Notes: a model not told the origin generated them from the letters alone. 64,000 nucleotides of DNA from Devosia sp. (GCF_965229025.1 NZ_OZ245853.1:3172277-3236276); one strand, 5' to 3'. Shown: positions 17,858 to 29,010, counted from the first letter of the stretch. A program made the numbers and translations.

Positions 17858-19762
17858 CTACCGATACCCCGCCGCCTGCAACTCAAACAGCTCCGCATAG
17901 CGCCCACCGAGCGCAATCAGCTCCTCGTGCGTCCCCGCTTCAACCACCCCGCCATTGGCGAGCACCACGATCCGGTCCGCCATCCGCACGGTCGAGAACC
18001 GGTGCGAGATCAGCACCGCGGTCGTGCCCTCAGCCAGCGCCTTGAAGCGGGTGAAGACCTCCGCCTCGGCGCGTGCGTCGAGCGCGGCGGTCGGCTCGTC
18101 GAGCACAATGATCTCGGCGTTGCGCATATAGGCGCGGGCGATGGCGAGCTTCTGCCACTCGCCACCCGACAGGTCCTGCCCCTTGAGGAAGGTGCGCCCG
18201 AGCATCTGGTCGTAGCCGCCAGGTAATTTGCGGATCACCGGATCGGCGAGGCTCTGTTCGGCCGCCGCGATCACCCGATCTCGATCCTCCGCCGCCTCGA
18301 TCCGCCCCACCCCGATATTGTCCGACGCCGAAAAGCTGTAGCGCAGGAAATCCTGGAAGATGACCCCGATATGGCGGCGAAGGTCGGTGGTGGCAAAGCG
18401 CTTGAGATCGACGCCATCGACAACAATGCGGCCCTCGTCGGGGTCGTAGAGCCTGGTCATCAGCTTGACGATAGTGGTCTTGCCCGCCCCGTTCTCCCCC
18501 ACCAGCGCCAAGGTTTCCCCCGCTGGCACGACAAAGCTCAAATTGCGCACGGCCCAGCGTTCGGAGCCTGGGTATTTGAAGCCGACATTTTCAAAGACGA
18601 TCCCCTCTTTGAGCGGCACCGGGAACGGCGCCGGGTCAGCCGGTTCGAGAATCGTCGGCTCAATCTCAAAGAAACTGAACAGGTCGTCGAGATAAAGGCT
18701 CTGCCCGGCGATCTGGGTAAAGCCGATCAGGATCTGCTGCAGATAGCCGTTGAGCTGGTTGAACGAGGACGCCAAAAACACCAGCTCGCCGATGCTGAAC
18801 TCCCCATGCAACGTCCGCCACACGATATAGGCGTAGGCGGCGTAATAGGTGAGCGTCGAGATCGCCGCGAGCGCACCGGTCTGCCAGGCGCGCTTGATCG
18901 AGAGCGCGGTGTTTTCCTCAAGGATCTGCCGGCTCAGCGTCTTGAAGCGGGTCGAGAGGAACTCACCCAGCCCGAAGAGTTTCACCTCCTTGGCGCTGTC
19001 GGCGCTGGCGCCGATCTCGCGCAGATACTGCAGCTGCCGGCGCTCAGGCGAGCGGTTGTGCGAAATCCAGTAAGCCAGCCGGTTGAAGCGGAACTCGCCC
19101 CACACCGCCGGCGCCACCGAAATCGCCAGCAAGGCGATCAGCAGTGGCGCGTACACAAACAGGCCCGCCGCCAGCGCCATTGCCGTAATGATCGACTGGC
19201 CCTGCCCGAAGACCTGCGAGATCACGGTCGAGCGGCTCGCCGCCTGCCGCCGCGCCCGCTCCAGCCGGTCCTGATATTCGGATTGCTCGAAATGCTTCAG
19301 GTCGAGCTTGGCCGCATGCTGCATCAGGTCGAGGCTGACGGCATTGGAATGGCTCTCCCCCAGGATGGTATCGACGACATTGACCGCGCGGTTGAAGCCG
19401 TCACGGGCCAGCACCAGCACCAGTTCGATCGCCAGCAGCCAGATCAGCGGTGTCAGCCGCCCGCTCGCCAGCCAATCGGACAGTTGCGGGCCGGGCGCAC
19501 CCTGCCCGGTCTGCCGCAGCACTTCGTCGATGATCAGCTTGGTCAGCAGCAGCACCAGCGGCGGCTGCACGGCAACGAGTACGCGGAGCCCGATGCTTAG
19601 CGACATCAGCCCGGGGCTGGTGCGCCACATCTGCGCAAACAGCCGCCCCAGATGCTTAAAGGTCTTCAGCCGCGCGCCCTTGGCAAACGGCAGGACCTCG
19701 GGGATATCGGCCCCGCCGCCCCGTCCCATTCCGCCACCGCCGCCCATCGGCCCACGCGCCAT
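17858..19762 (-). CDS. ABC transporter, fused permease/ATPase (MdlB-like exporter)
   Basis: TM domain, GENGAGKTT, LSGGEWQK, VLDEPTA, ISHRFSTVR. Confidence 0.93.
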   Translation of the reverse strand: MARGPMGGGGGMGRGGGADIPEVLPFAKGARLKTFKHLGRLFAQMWRTSPGLMSLSIGLRVLVAVQPPLVLLLTKLIIDEVLRQTGQGAPGPQLSDWLASGRLTPLIWLLAIELVLVLARDGFNRAVNVVDTILGESHSNAVSLDLMQHAAKLDLKHFEQSEYQDRLERARRQAASRSTVISQVFGQGQSIITAMALAAGLFVYAPLLIALLAISVAPAVWGEFRFNRLAYWISHNRSPERRQLQYLREIGASADSAKEVKLFGLGEFLSTRFKTLSRQILEENTALSIKRAWQTGALAAISTLTYYAAYAYIVWRTLHGEFSIGELVFLASSFNQLNGYLQQILIGFTQIAGQSLYLDDLFSFFEIEPTILEPADPAPFPVPLKEGIVFENVGFKYPGSERWAVRNLSFVVPAGETLALVGENGAGKTTIVKLMTRLYDPDEGRIVVDGVDLKRFATTDLRRHIGVIFQDFLRYSFSASDNIGVGRIEAAEDRDRVIAAAEQSLADPVIRKLPGGYDQMLGRTFLKGQDLSGGEWQKLAIARAYMRNAEIIVLDEPTAALDARAEAEVFTRFKALAEGTTAVLISHRFSTVRMADRIVVLANGGVVEAGTHEELIALGGRYAELFELQAAGYR

Positions 19763-19879
19763 CTCAATACTCCTGGCGCAACCGCCGAACCGCAATCAGT
19801 ATCACACCTAGTATGGCGCCAAAGCCCCCGCCAGTCCCACCTGCCTATTTGGGGGATGGCAATCGCATATCAAGACGAA

Positions 19880-20007
19880 GGCCCCCTCACCCTGTTCTTC
19901 GGACCGACCTCTCCCCCCAGAGAGAGGTGGCGAGGTGGCGTGATCGTGCCGTAGCTTACCTCTCCCTTCGGGGGAGAGGTCGGCGCGCAGCGCCGGGTGA
20001 GGGGGCC
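19880..20007. repeat. two inverted repeat units (composite palindrome)
   Basis: GGCCCCCTCACCC...GACCTCTCCC at the left, CCTCTCCCTTCGGGGGAGAGGTCGGCGCGCAGCGCCGGGTGAGGGGGCC at the right. Confidence 0.85.
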
Positions 20008-20103
20008 TTTCTTTCGAGCGGCCGTCCCATCCGTCTAGACTCGCCTATCCAGGAAGGCGAGATTTGTGGTGCTCCCGTGTCCGGCGCCAGCTATGAGGGC
20101 GAG

Positions 20104-21219
20104 GTGAACGCCAACAACACCTTCGATATCTTTCTGGTTGCCGCCCCCGGGTTGGAATCTGCGCTTTGTAATGAAGCGCAGCGCGCCGGCTTTGCCGATG
20201 CCCGCCTCGTCGAGGGAGGCGTCGAGCTCAAAGGTGGCTGGCCCGAGATCTGGCGCGCCAATCTCAGCTTGCGCGGTGCTACCCGCGTCCTGGTGCGGAT
20301 CGCCCAGTTCCGCGCCATGCACCTCGCGCAGCTCGATAAACGCGCCCGCAAGGTCGCGTGGGGCGAGTTCCTCAAGCCCGACCAGCCTGTCGCTATCGAA
20401 GCCAGCTGCCGCAAATCCAAGATCTATCACGCCGGTGCCGTGACCCAGCGTGTCGCCACCGCGATCAAGGAAGAACTCGGCGCGCCCATCGCCGAAAAGG
20501 CCGATGTCACGGTGATGGCGCGGATCGAGGACGATCTCGTCACCATCAGCATCGACACCTCCGGCGAGGCCCTCTACCGCCGCGGCCACAAGCTCGAGGT
20601 CAACCGCGCCCCGATGCGCGAGACCATGGCCGCGCTGTTCTTGTATCAGTGCGGCTATCGCGGCACCGAACCAGTGCTCGACCCGATGTGCGGCTCGGGC
20701 ACTTTCGTCATCGAGGCCGCCGAAATCGCTTCAGCCCTCTTCCCTGGTCGCGACCGGGGATTCGGCTTCGAGCATCTCGCAGGTTTCGCACCCGGCCAAT
20801 GGCAGGCGATGCGGACGCCTCTACCGCCAGCAACCACCGATCTCCGCTTTTCCGGCAGCGACACCGATGCCGACGCCATCGCCATGAGCCGCACCAACGC
20901 GGAGCGCGCCGGGGTGGCCAACGTCACGCAGTTCGACGTGCGCGATGCAGGCGACCTTATCCGCCCGGACGGCCCGCCCGGCCTCGTCATCTGCAACCCG
21001 CCCTATGGCGCGCGGCTGGGCGACAAGAGCGACCTCCGCTCCGTCCACGCCCGCCTCGGCGCCGCGTTGAAAGCCCGCCTTTCCGGCTGGCGCGTCGGCC
21101 TCATCACCACCGACCGCACCCTCGCCGAAGCCACCCACCTGCCATTCCGCGCGCCCAGCGAGCCCGTGCTCCACGGCGGGCTGCGGGTCAGGCTTTGGCA
21201 GACTGAGGCGCTGCGGTAG
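20104..21219 (+). CDS. THUMP-domain class I SAM-dependent RNA methyltransferase (RlmL-like); GTG start inferred
   Basis: SIDTSGEALYRRG, APMRETMAA, DPMCGSGT, CNPPYG.R. Confidence 0.88.
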   Translation: MNANNTFDIFLVAAPGLESALCNEAQRAGFADARLVEGGVELKGGWPEIWRANLSLRGATRVLVRIAQFRAMHLAQLDKRARKVAWGEFLKPDQPVAIEASCRKSKIYHAGAVTQRVATAIKEELGAPIAEKADVTVMARIEDDLVTISIDTSGEALYRRGHKLEVNRAPMRETMAALFLYQCGYRGTEPVLDPMCGSGTFVIEAAEIASALFPGRDRGFGFEHLAGFAPGQWQAMRTPLPPATTDLRFSGSDTDADAIAMSRTNAERAGVANVTQFDVRDAGDLIRPDGPPGLVICNPPYGARLGDKSDLRSVHARLGAALKARLSGWRVGLITTDRTLAEATHLPFRAPSEPVLHGGLRVRLWQTEALR

Positions 21220-21235
21220 CGCTTATGCAGTCGGC

Positions 21236-21769
21236 CTAAGCCAAAGGCCCTGCCGACCGCCGATTGACCAGCTCGATGAAAGCATCGCGCTCTGAGGTAT
21301 CGCTGAAGGCACTGGATGGCACGAAGAGCGCACCATACCCCACCATGATCGCCACACCCTCCCGGGTTGCCGCGGCGCCATGGACATAGCTCCACTCATA
21401 CCGGCTGAAGGAGTGGTCGTCCGTCAGCTGAAAGCCAGTCTCATCGGCCTGCAGCCGCGTCGGGACGGGCGGGAGCAGTTGGTCAAACCGGCGTGCCATG
21501 CGGGATCTGGCCCAAGGGGCCACGCCCAAAAGCAGCACCAGGGCGAAAAGCACGATGGCGACGACAGACCCCGTATGAGGCGGTACATTCAGGTGCAGGC
21601 GGTTGCGCAAGAACGTCTCGATCAGTGTGGTCAGCAACCCCACCCCAACGCCCGCCGCCAAAAGCGCCGGACGAAGAGCGCCCTGCAACTTCAGCCTCCT
21701 CCGGATAACCGGCATGGCATTGATCAGCCCCTTGTCGGAGGGGACATATTGGGCGGCAAAACGATTCAT
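21236..21769 (-). CDS. YcxB-like two-TM membrane protein
   Basis: 2 TM helices, then YEWSYV...ALFVPSSAF...ERDAF. Confidence 0.65.
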   Translation of the reverse strand: MNRFAAQYVPSDKGLINAMPVIRRRLKLQGALRPALLAAGVGVGLLTTLIETFLRNRLHLNVPPHTGSVVAIVLFALVLLLGVAPWARSRMARRFDQLLPPVPTRLQADETGFQLTDDHSFSRYEWSYVHGAAATREGVAIMVGYGALFVPSSAFSDTSERDAFIELVNRRSAGPLA

Positions 21770-21848
21770 GATCTCATCACCAAAAAAGATCATCACTAAG
21801 CGAGAGTAGTGCTAGATCGCATTGTGAGTGCAAGACTCCGACCAGACC

Positions 21849-22382
21849 CTATCCACGATCGAGCCGTGCGCTGGTAAACGCGACGAAATGGCTAACCTCA
21901 TTCTCGCCGCCGAAGCTTGAGATGGGCACGTGATAGACGGCCAAACCGGCCAGAATCGCTACACCGTGCGGCAATTCTACAACTCGTTTGATGTGGGTCC
22001 AGCTCTGGAACAGAGAATAGCCGGTACCTTCAATCCGGATACCTTCATCATCAGCGACCAGAGTAAATTCTCTCGGCGCTTCAAGTTCGTACCACGCCCG
22101 CGCAATTTCCTTCTGCGCCCATGGAAATACGAACTTGCTATAAGCAAAGAGCGAAGTCGCCCATATGACACCGAAGCCGACTACCGCGGGAATCGCGCCA
22201 TTGCTTGCTGATGCTATGTACCCCGAAAGAAGGAACGACCCTAGCATCATCCCAACCCAAACCAGATAACGCGCGCGAGCAATCCATCGGCGACGAGGCT
22301 TTGGATACAGCTTCCTAATCCAGCTCCGATCCCGGAGTTGCGCCAGCACGTTTGGGGTGAACGTCAGCGTATACTGGCCCAT
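21849..22382 (-). CDS. YcxB-like two-TM membrane protein, low GC
   Basis: 2 TM helices, DDEGIRI...QSWTHIKRV...YHVPISSFGGENE..F; AT-richer DNA. Confidence 0.6.
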   Translation of the reverse strand: MGQYTLTFTPNVLAQLRDRSWIRKLYPKPRRRWIARARYLVWVGMMLGSFLLSGYIASASNGAIPAVVGFGVIWATSLFAYSKFVFPWAQKEIARAWYELEAPREFTLVADDEGIRIEGTGYSLFQSWTHIKRVVELPHGVAILAGLAVYHVPISSFGGENEVSHFVAFTSARLDRG

Positions 22383-22659
22383 ACTTCAATCCAAACACTA
22401 TAAAATGCACCTTGATGCCCCGCCCAATGCCGAATTCAAAGCACTTTCTGAAGCGGGAGAAACATTCTGTCGCCCCCGTGTCGCACTATCGGTGTGGGGA
22501 GACCAATGCTCACGAAGGCGGATGATGCATGGGACAAAGTTGTCCTGAACAGCGGGTCCGGACATTCGGCCGCATCACGGGCCAAGATGTTGTGGGTGGC
22601 GCGAACAGCGGCGAGCTGAGTGCATTCCTGACGTCTGCCTGGGACATTTCTGCAAGTGA

Positions 22660-22834
22660 CATCGTTGTCGCTCTTATTTCCCTGATCCTCGAGACCGGCA
22701 AGCTGGCGCGGGCCAATATCTCGCTCGACACCGGATTGGTCGCCGATATCGATGAAGCTGCAGCCCGCCGGGGCGTCACCCGCTCCGCCTTCCTCGCCAC
22801 AGCGGCACGGGACAGGATCCGGGCAGGTGCGTGA
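22660..22834 (+). pseudogene. HicB-type antitoxin remnant (C-terminal ribbon-helix-helix only)
   Basis: RANISLDTGLVADIDEAAARRGVTRSAFLATAARDRI; upstream sequence lacks the HicB N-terminal domain and no hicA is nearby. Confidence 0.6.
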
Positions 22835-22837
22835 GCA

Positions 22838-22874
22838 ACAAAAAATCGGGCACCAAGTTACCTTGATGCCCGAT
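22838..22874 (-). terminator. intrinsic terminator after infB
   Basis: Minus strand ATCGGGCATCAAG-GTAA-CTTGGTGCCCGAT-TTTTTGTT. Confidence 0.85.
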
Positions 22875-22897
22875 CATGACTGGTTGTGCAAAGGCGC

Positions 22898-25816
22898 TTA
22901 AAGCGACCGGATGACGCTCTCGACGCGGAAGCATTCGATGACGTCGCCGGCGCGGATGTCTTCGTAGTTCTCGAAGGCCATGCCGCATTCCTGGCCCATC
23001 GGAACTTCCTTGACTTCGTCCTTGAAGCGCTTGAGCGTCTTGAGCTTGCCTTCGTGGATCACGACGTTGTCGCGGAGCAGGCGCACACCGGCGCCGCGTT
23101 CCACGATGCCTTCGGTGACCTGGCAGCCGGCGACCTTGCCCACCTTGGTGATCTGGAACACTTCCTTGATCGAGGCGTAGCCGATGAAGGTCTCGCGACG
23201 CTCCGGCTTGAGGAGACCCGACATCGCCGCCTTCACGTCATCCACGAGGTCGTAGATGATGTTGTAGTAGCGGATTTCGATGCCTTCGCGGGCCGCCAGT
23301 TCCGTCGCCTGCTTGTTGGCGCGGACGTTGAAGCCGATGAGGATCGCGGAGGAAGCCGAGGCCAGCTGCACGTCCGACTCGGTGATCCCGCCCACACCCG
23401 AATAGAGGATCTGCGCGGAAACTTCGTCGGTCGAGATCTTGTTGATCGAGGCGTTGATCGCTTCGACCGAGCCCTGCACGTCGCCCTTGATGACCATCGG
23501 AAACTTGGCAATGCCGGAGGACTTGAGCTGATTCATCATCTGCTCGAGGCTCGTTGCACCACCGCCGGCGGTCTTTTCGCGCAACAGGCGCTGGCGATAT
23601 TCGGTGACTTCGCGGGCTCTTGCTTCGCTCTCGACCACCGAGAAGCGGTCGCCTGCACTGGGGACGCCCGTAAAGCCCAGCACTTCCACCGGAATGGAGG
23701 GGCCGGCGTCCTTCACATGGTCGCCCTTGTCGTTGATCAGCGCACGAACACGCGCAAACTCGGTGCCAGCAACCACGATGTCGCCGATCGCGAGCGTGCC
23801 GCGCTGCACCAGCACCGTCGCCACCGCACCGCGGCCGCGATCGAGCTTGGCTTCGATGACGAGGCCCTCGGCGCGCCCGTCACGGGCCACCTTGAGTTCC
23901 AGCACTTCGGCCTGCAGCAGGATGGTTTCGAGCAGCTTGTCGAGGCCGGTTTTCTTGATCGCCGACACTTCCACGTCGAGCGTGTCGCCGCCCATCGATT
24001 CAACGAACACTTCGTGCTGCAACAGCTCGGTGCGCACCCGCATGGGGTCGGCATCGTGCTTGTCCATCTTGTTGATGGCCACGATGATCGGCACACCGGC
24101 GGCCTTCGCGTGCTTGATGGATTCGATCGTCTGCGGCATCACACCGTCATCGGCCGCCACCACCAGCACCGCGATATCGGTCGCCTGGGCACCACGAGCA
24201 CGCATGGCGGTGAACGCCTCGTGGCCCGGTGTGTCGAGGAAGGTGATCTTCTGGCCGTTCTTTTCGACCTGATAGGCACCGATATGCTGGGTGATGCCAC
24301 CGGCTTCACCCGACACCACGTTGGTCTCGCGGATCGCGTCGAGCAGCGAGGTCTTGCCGTGGTCGACATGACCCATGATGGTCACCACCGGCGCGCGGTT
24401 GGTCAGGTCCTCGGCCTTGTCGTCGGCGGGGATATCATAGAGCCCCTCTTCGACGTCGGCATCCGAAACGCGGCGCACCGTGTGGCCCAGTTCGGTCGCG
24501 ATCAGTTCGGCAGTATCGGAGTCGATGGTGTCGGTGATCTTCACCATCTGGCCCTGCGCCATCAGGATCTTGATGATGTCGACAGCGCGCTCGGCCATGC
24601 GGTTGGCGAGTTCCTGGACCGTGATGGCCTCGGGGATCACCACTTCACGGCTGATCTTGACCGCCTGCTGCTGGTTGCGGCCCATCTTCTTGTCGCGGCG
24701 GCGGCGCATGGCGGCGAGGGACGGGCCCTTGTCGCGATCGCTCTCGGCGCCGGCATTGGTGACGGTGAGGCGGGCACGGGCGAAGGCTTCTTCACCAGCG
24801 CGGCGCGTCGGCCGTTCCGGTGTCGCACGGGCGACGCCACCACGGCGGGCATTTTCCAGTTCGGTCGCATTGACGAGGCCGGACGGACGCGCAGCCGGAA
24901 TGGTGCGGGTCTTGCGGCCATCGGCTTCCGACGGCGGGGCCGGCGGCAGGTCGGCGATCGGGGTGACGGTGCGGTTGCCCGGTGTTGCGGCGGCGCGGCG
25001 AGCCGGCGAGACGCGCGGTTCACGCGACACAGCCAGTTCGGCAACAGCTTCAAGCGCACGTTCGCCATCGGCGGCGCGCTGCTTGGCTTCCTCGGCCTTC
25101 TGCGCATCTTCGCGCAGGGCACGACGACGCGCATCTTCTTCGTTGCGGCGTGCTTCTTCGGAGGCGGCACGAGCCTGCTCTTCGACCTGACGGCCGGCAG
25201 CTTCGCGAAGGGCGCGGGCGCGGGCATCGGCCTCAGTGGCGCTGAGGCCACCGGCAGGACGCGGACCCGAGGACGAACGGAACGGCGGGCGTGAATTGTT
25301 CTGGCCGGGGCGGCCCTGCTGCGAATAGCCGGGACGGCCCTGCGGCGCACCCGAGGACGGGCGCGAGGATGGCACTGACGACGGGGCCGTCCGCACCGGC
25401 GGTGCGCTCGACTGCGGCGGGCGCACGGGGGCGGGCGCGGGTGTGGCGGCAGGCGTCGCTGCGACAGTCGGGGTGACTACTGCAGCGGCCGGCGCGGCAG
25501 GCGCTGCCGATGGGGCAGCCGCTGGCGCAGGCTCAGTAGCTGGCGCGGGCGCCGGCGTCGGGGCTGGTGTCGGTGCCACAGTCTGCGGACGCGCCTGCTG
25601 CGGCGCGGGTGCGGCAACCGGAGTTACGGTCGGCAGTACGGGTGGGCGGTGCGGAATGGTGGGCGGCACGAAGCGTGTGCGCTTCTCCACGACCACGGTG
25701 TTCCGCGACGAACGTGCCACATTGGGGCGCACTCCCATACCGGGGGTACCCTTGAGGGACAGCGTCTTCTTGCCGCCAGCACCAGTCTCGTCGCGCTTGT
25801 CGTCGTTATCAGCCAT
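22898..25816 (-). CDS. infB: translation initiation factor IF-2
   Basis: [28 protein letters not shown]; long Pro/Ala-rich N-terminus. Confidence 0.98.
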   Translation of the reverse strand: MADNDDKRDETGAGGKKTLSLKGTPGMGVRPNVARSSRNTVVVEKRTRFVPPTIPHRPPVLPTVTPVAAPAPQQARPQTVAPTPAPTPAPAPATEPAPAAAPSAAPAAPAAAVVTPTVAATPAATPAPAPVRPPQSSAPPVRTAPSSVPSSRPSSGAPQGRPGYSQQGRPGQNNSRPPFRSSSGPRPAGGLSATEADARARALREAAGRQVEEQARAASEEARRNEEDARRRALREDAQKAEEAKQRAADGERALEAVAELAVSREPRVSPARRAAATPGNRTVTPIADLPPAPPSEADGRKTRTIPAARPSGLVNATELENARRGGVARATPERPTRRAGEEAFARARLTVTNAGAESDRDKGPSLAAMRRRRDKKMGRNQQQAVKISREVVIPEAITVQELANRMAERAVDIIKILMAQGQMVKITDTIDSDTAELIATELGHTVRRVSDADVEEGLYDIPADDKAEDLTNRAPVVTIMGHVDHGKTSLLDAIRETNVVSGEAGGITQHIGAYQVEKNGQKITFLDTPGHEAFTAMRARGAQATDIAVLVVAADDGVMPQTIESIKHAKAAGVPIIVAINKMDKHDADPMRVRTELLQHEVFVESMGGDTLDVEVSAIKKTGLDKLLETILLQAEVLELKVARDGRAEGLVIEAKLDRGRGAVATVLVQRGTLAIGDIVVAGTEFARVRALINDKGDHVKDAGPSIPVEVLGFTGVPSAGDRFSVVESEARAREVTEYRQRLLREKTAGGGATSLEQMMNQLKSSGIAKFPMVIKGDVQGSVEAINASINKISTDEVSAQILYSGVGGITESDVQLASASSAILIGFNVRANKQATELAAREGIEIRYYNIIYDLVDDVKAAMSGLLKPERRETFIGYASIKEVFQITKVGKVAGCQVTEGIVERGAGVRLLRDNVVIHEGKLKTLKRFKDEVKEVPMGQECGMAFENYEDIRAGDVIECFRVESVIRSL

Positions 25817-26017
25817 GTAACTCGCGTCTTCCTTGCGAAACTCGCATGCGAAGCCCCGGGGGCTTCAAGTATCAGTCCTGGTCGGGCAACCGGGGAGGCC
25901 GCGCGATACCGCGCTGCTCAATAGCCCATTCGGAGCCGGATCGCTTCACAAAAGAATCGATCCGTCTCTTGGTCGCGCGGTCGAGAGCAGGAATGGTAAA
26001 ATTCCTGCTGGTCCCGC

Positions 26018-26653
26018 TCAGTTGGCGATGTAACGTGCCAGTCGATCTGCACGTTTTGCCGCCGCCTGGGCCGCGCCCCCTTTGGTGAGCGCAGCATGTA
26101 TCACATTTTCCATGCCGAGTGCCAAACCCATTTGGTCTGAATTCAGCAATTCGAAATGGGCGGTTTCCGAAGGGTTCATCCCCGCTTCCGCCGCCGCCAT
26201 CGTGAACCCCTTGATGGAGCCCAACAGCTTGTTTCGGCCATCTTCGGCCGCATCTGTCGCCGTCAGCAGCGCGGAAATCTGTCCCGCCTCGATCGACGAC
26301 TTCACCTTGGTTGCCCCTGATATAAGCTGCCCGGACTTGCGGGCAATGCTCAGGGCATTCAGAAACCGCTCTTCAAGCCGGCGGCGGGTCAACTCAGCGA
26401 GATCGCCGGCAACCTTCACGTCAGCCTTGAGGCTCTTGGCAAACGCCTTGCGGCGCACCGCCTCGGCCACCGCCTTTTGCCCCAGTGTAATCCAGACACC
26501 ACGGCCTTCGGCCTTGGCATCGGTATCGGGCACCACTTCGCCGTCGGGTGAGACGACGAAGCGGATCAGGTCGGCAATCGGCTTGACCTCGCGGGTCAAT
26601 GCACATTGCCGTTTGGTCTCATCGCTGCTGGCCAATGTCTTTTCGTCCAGCAA
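26018..26653 (-). CDS. YlxR/DUF448 RNA-binding protein fused to an L7Ae-like domain; frame stays open to 26689
   Basis: RQCALTR, LIRFVVSPDG.VVPD, GRGVW; usual position between nusA and infB. Confidence 0.88.
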   Translation of the reverse strand: MLDEKTLASSDETKRQCALTREVKPIADLIRFVVSPDGEVVPDTDAKAEGRGVWITLGQKAVAEAVRRKAFAKSLKADVKVAGDLAELTRRRLEERFLNALSIARKSGQLISGATKVKSSIEAGQISALLTATDAAEDGRNKLLGSIKGFTMAAAEAGMNPSETAHFELLNSDQMGLALGMENVIHAALTKGGAAQAAAKRADRLARYIAN

Positions 26654-26689
26654 CGGTGTGTCGAGCAGAGCGTCCTCGGGATCGTCCAG

Positions 26690-28285
26690 TTACGCGGGCT
26701 CCCCTTCGGCCGACGCGCCATCGGCACCGGCGAGATCGGCTTCGGTGATCCAGCCGGCCCTCAGTCGCGCCTGGAGAATCATTTCTTCGGCTTCTTCGCG
26801 CGAAATGGGGAAGTCCTTGAAGGTCCCCTCGTAGCGCTTGGTCTCGCCGTCCTTGCGTTCGGTCCAGCCCGTCAGGTCGTCCGACGCGCAGCCGGCAAAG
26901 TCCTCGACGTTCTTGACCCCGTCCTTGCCCAACGCCACCAGCATGGCGGCATTGAGGCCCGGGATCTCGTAAAGCTCGTCTTCGACGCCAAGCGCGATGC
27001 GCTCGTCATCATTGGCCTTCTCGATGGCGGCAAGATATTCAGCGGCGCGGCTCTGGATTTCGCCAGCGGTCTCTTCGTCAAAGCCCTGGATCGAGGAGAT
27101 TTCACCGGCATCGATATAGGCCAGTTCCTCAACCGAGGAGAAACCTTCCGAGGCCAGCAGCTGGGCCACCATCTCGTCGACGTCCAGCGCATTCATGAAT
27201 AGCGCGGAGCGTTCGGTGAATTCCTTCTGGCGGCGTTCCGATTCCTCGGCTTCGGTCAGGATGTCGATATCCCAGCCGATCAGCTGCGACGCAAGCCGCA
27301 CGTTCTGGCCACGGCGGCCGATGGCGAGCGACAGCTGCTCGTCGGGCACCACGACTTCAATGCGCTCGGCCTGCTCGTCAAGCACGACCTTGGCCACATC
27401 AGCCGGCTGCAGCGCCGAAACGACCAGGTCGGCGATCGATTCGGTCCACGGGATGATGTCGATCTTTTCGCCCTGCAGTTCTGCCACGACGGCCTGCACA
27501 CGGCTGCCGCGCATACCGACGCAGGCGCCGACCGGGTCGATCGAAGAATCCGACGAGGTCACGGCGATCTTGGCGCGGCTGCCCGGGTCACGGGCAATCG
27601 AGCGGATGGTGATGATGCCATCGTAGATTTCCGGCACTTCCTGCATGAACAGCTTGGCCATGAACTGCGGATGGGTGCGGGAGAGGAAAATCTGCGGGCC
27701 GCGCTGCTCGCGGCGCACATCATAGATATAGGCACGCACGCGGTCGCCGTAGCGATAGAGCTCGCGGGGGATCAGTTCGTCGCGGCGGATGATGGCTTCG
27801 CCACGCCCGAGGTCGACAATCACGTTGCCATATTCGACGCGCTTGACGGTGCCGTTGACGATCTCGCCGACGCGGTTGATGTACTCTTCGTGCATCCGGT
27901 CGCGCTCGGCATCGCGCACCTTCTGGACGATCACCTGCTTGGCCGACTGGGCGGCGATGCGGCCGAATTCGATTGGCGGCAGCGGCTCGGTCACATAGTC
28001 GCCGAGCTTGGCCGCATCGTTGCGCGCCTTGGCATCCTTCAGCCCGATCTGGCGGCCGTATTCCTCAACCGTCTCCACCACCTCGAGCAGGCGCCACATG
28101 CGCGTCTCGCCGGTCTTGGGGTTGATCTCGACCCGGATATTGGTCTCGGCGCCGTACTTGGACTTGGCGGCCTTTTCCATCGCGTCCTGCATCGACTCGA
28201 TGACGATCATGCGATCGATCGACTTTTCGCGGGCGACAGCATCGGCGATCTGCAGCAGTTCCAGTCGGTTCGCGCTAACGGCCAT
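26690..28285 (-). CDS. nusA: transcription termination factor NusA
   Basis: [39 protein letters not shown]. Confidence 0.98.
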   Translation of the reverse strand: MAVSANRLELLQIADAVAREKSIDRMIVIESMQDAMEKAAKSKYGAETNIRVEINPKTGETRMWRLLEVVETVEEYGRQIGLKDAKARNDAAKLGDYVTEPLPPIEFGRIAAQSAKQVIVQKVRDAERDRMHEEYINRVGEIVNGTVKRVEYGNVIVDLGRGEAIIRRDELIPRELYRYGDRVRAYIYDVRREQRGPQIFLSRTHPQFMAKLFMQEVPEIYDGIITIRSIARDPGSRAKIAVTSSDSSIDPVGACVGMRGSRVQAVVAELQGEKIDIIPWTESIADLVVSALQPADVAKVVLDEQAERIEVVVPDEQLSLAIGRRGQNVRLASQLIGWDIDILTEAEESERRQKEFTERSALFMNALDVDEMVAQLLASEGFSSVEELAYIDAGEISSIQGFDEETAGEIQSRAAEYLAAIEKANDDERIALGVEDELYEIPGLNAAMLVALGKDGVKNVEDFAGCASDDLTGWTERKDGETKRYEGTFKDFPISREEAEEMILQARLRAGWITEADLAGADGASAEGEPA

Positions 28286-28918
28286 TTAGTGGATCTCCTC
28301 GGAGGTAGAGTCGGTAGAGTCTTCTGTGTCGGTAAGTTCGACGGTCTCGATTTCTTCGTCGTCGTCGATCGGGAACTCGGCCTGGTCGAGCTGCGCCATA
28401 TTCATCAGCGCATCGGTCATCACCAGCTTGGCCTCAGCCAGCAACGCCAGCGGCAGGCGGTGGTTGGGGTCGGTCCCCTTGGGCACGTCGGGCAGCGTCA
28501 CGGTGACGAATTCATCGTCGACGGCCGCGATGATGCCGCGGAAGCGCTTCCGGCCGTCGAGCAGATCAGAAAGCTCGATCTTGGCCTCATGGCCCAGATG
28601 GGTGCGGAAGTCGCGCGCCCTGACCAGCGGCCGATCAATACCGGGCGAGGAGACCTCGAGATGATACTCGCGGTCGATCGGGTCCTCGACATCGAGCACC
28701 GGCGACAGATCCTTGCTCAGCCGCTCGCAATCGGTGATGGCGAAGCGGCCATTGCCGTCCTCGGCCATGATCTGCAGCGTCATGCCGTTTTCCGGCGTGA
28801 TCTTGATGCGCACCAGCGCATAGCCGAGGTCATTGGCCACCGGCTCGACGATCCGCGCGATCCGCGCTTCGAGGCCGGTTTCCTTGATGTAGCGTTTTTC
28901 TGTCAGGTCGAAGGTCAA
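28286..28918 (-). CDS. rimP: ribosome maturation factor RimP
   Basis: LDVEDPI...YHLEVSSPGIDRPL; TTG start; stop abuts the nusA ATG. Confidence 0.95.
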   Translation of the reverse strand: MTFDLTEKRYIKETGLEARIARIVEPVANDLGYALVRIKITPENGMTLQIMAEDGNGRFAITDCERLSKDLSPVLDVEDPIDREYHLEVSSPGIDRPLVRARDFRTHLGHEAKIELSDLLDGRKRFRGIIAAVDDEFVTVTLPDVPKGTDPNHRLPLALLAEAKLVMTDALMNMAQLDQAEFPIDDDEEIETVELTDTEDSTDSTSEEIH

Positions 28919-28974
28919 TTGCGCAATCTTGCTGGGCGGAAGCTGCGCCGGGTGGCGTGCAACGCCCCTTGGAT

Positions 28975-29010
28975 AACAAAAAGAGCGGGGGCCGGTTCAG
29001 GCACCCACTC
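28975..29010 (-). terminator. leader hairpin with U-tract (attenuator-like rimP leader)
   Basis: Minus strand GAGTGGGTGCC-TGAACC-GGCCCCCGCTC-TTTTTGTT between the promoter and rimP. Confidence 0.7.

Noticed and set aside
19813-20103. 5' extensions of ORFs into repeat elements (e.g. 19813 start of the methyltransferase; ORFs 17717-18226, 34072-34362, 45144-45389)
   Set aside because: The frames simply run through the stop-poor palindromic repeats; better starts exist downstream
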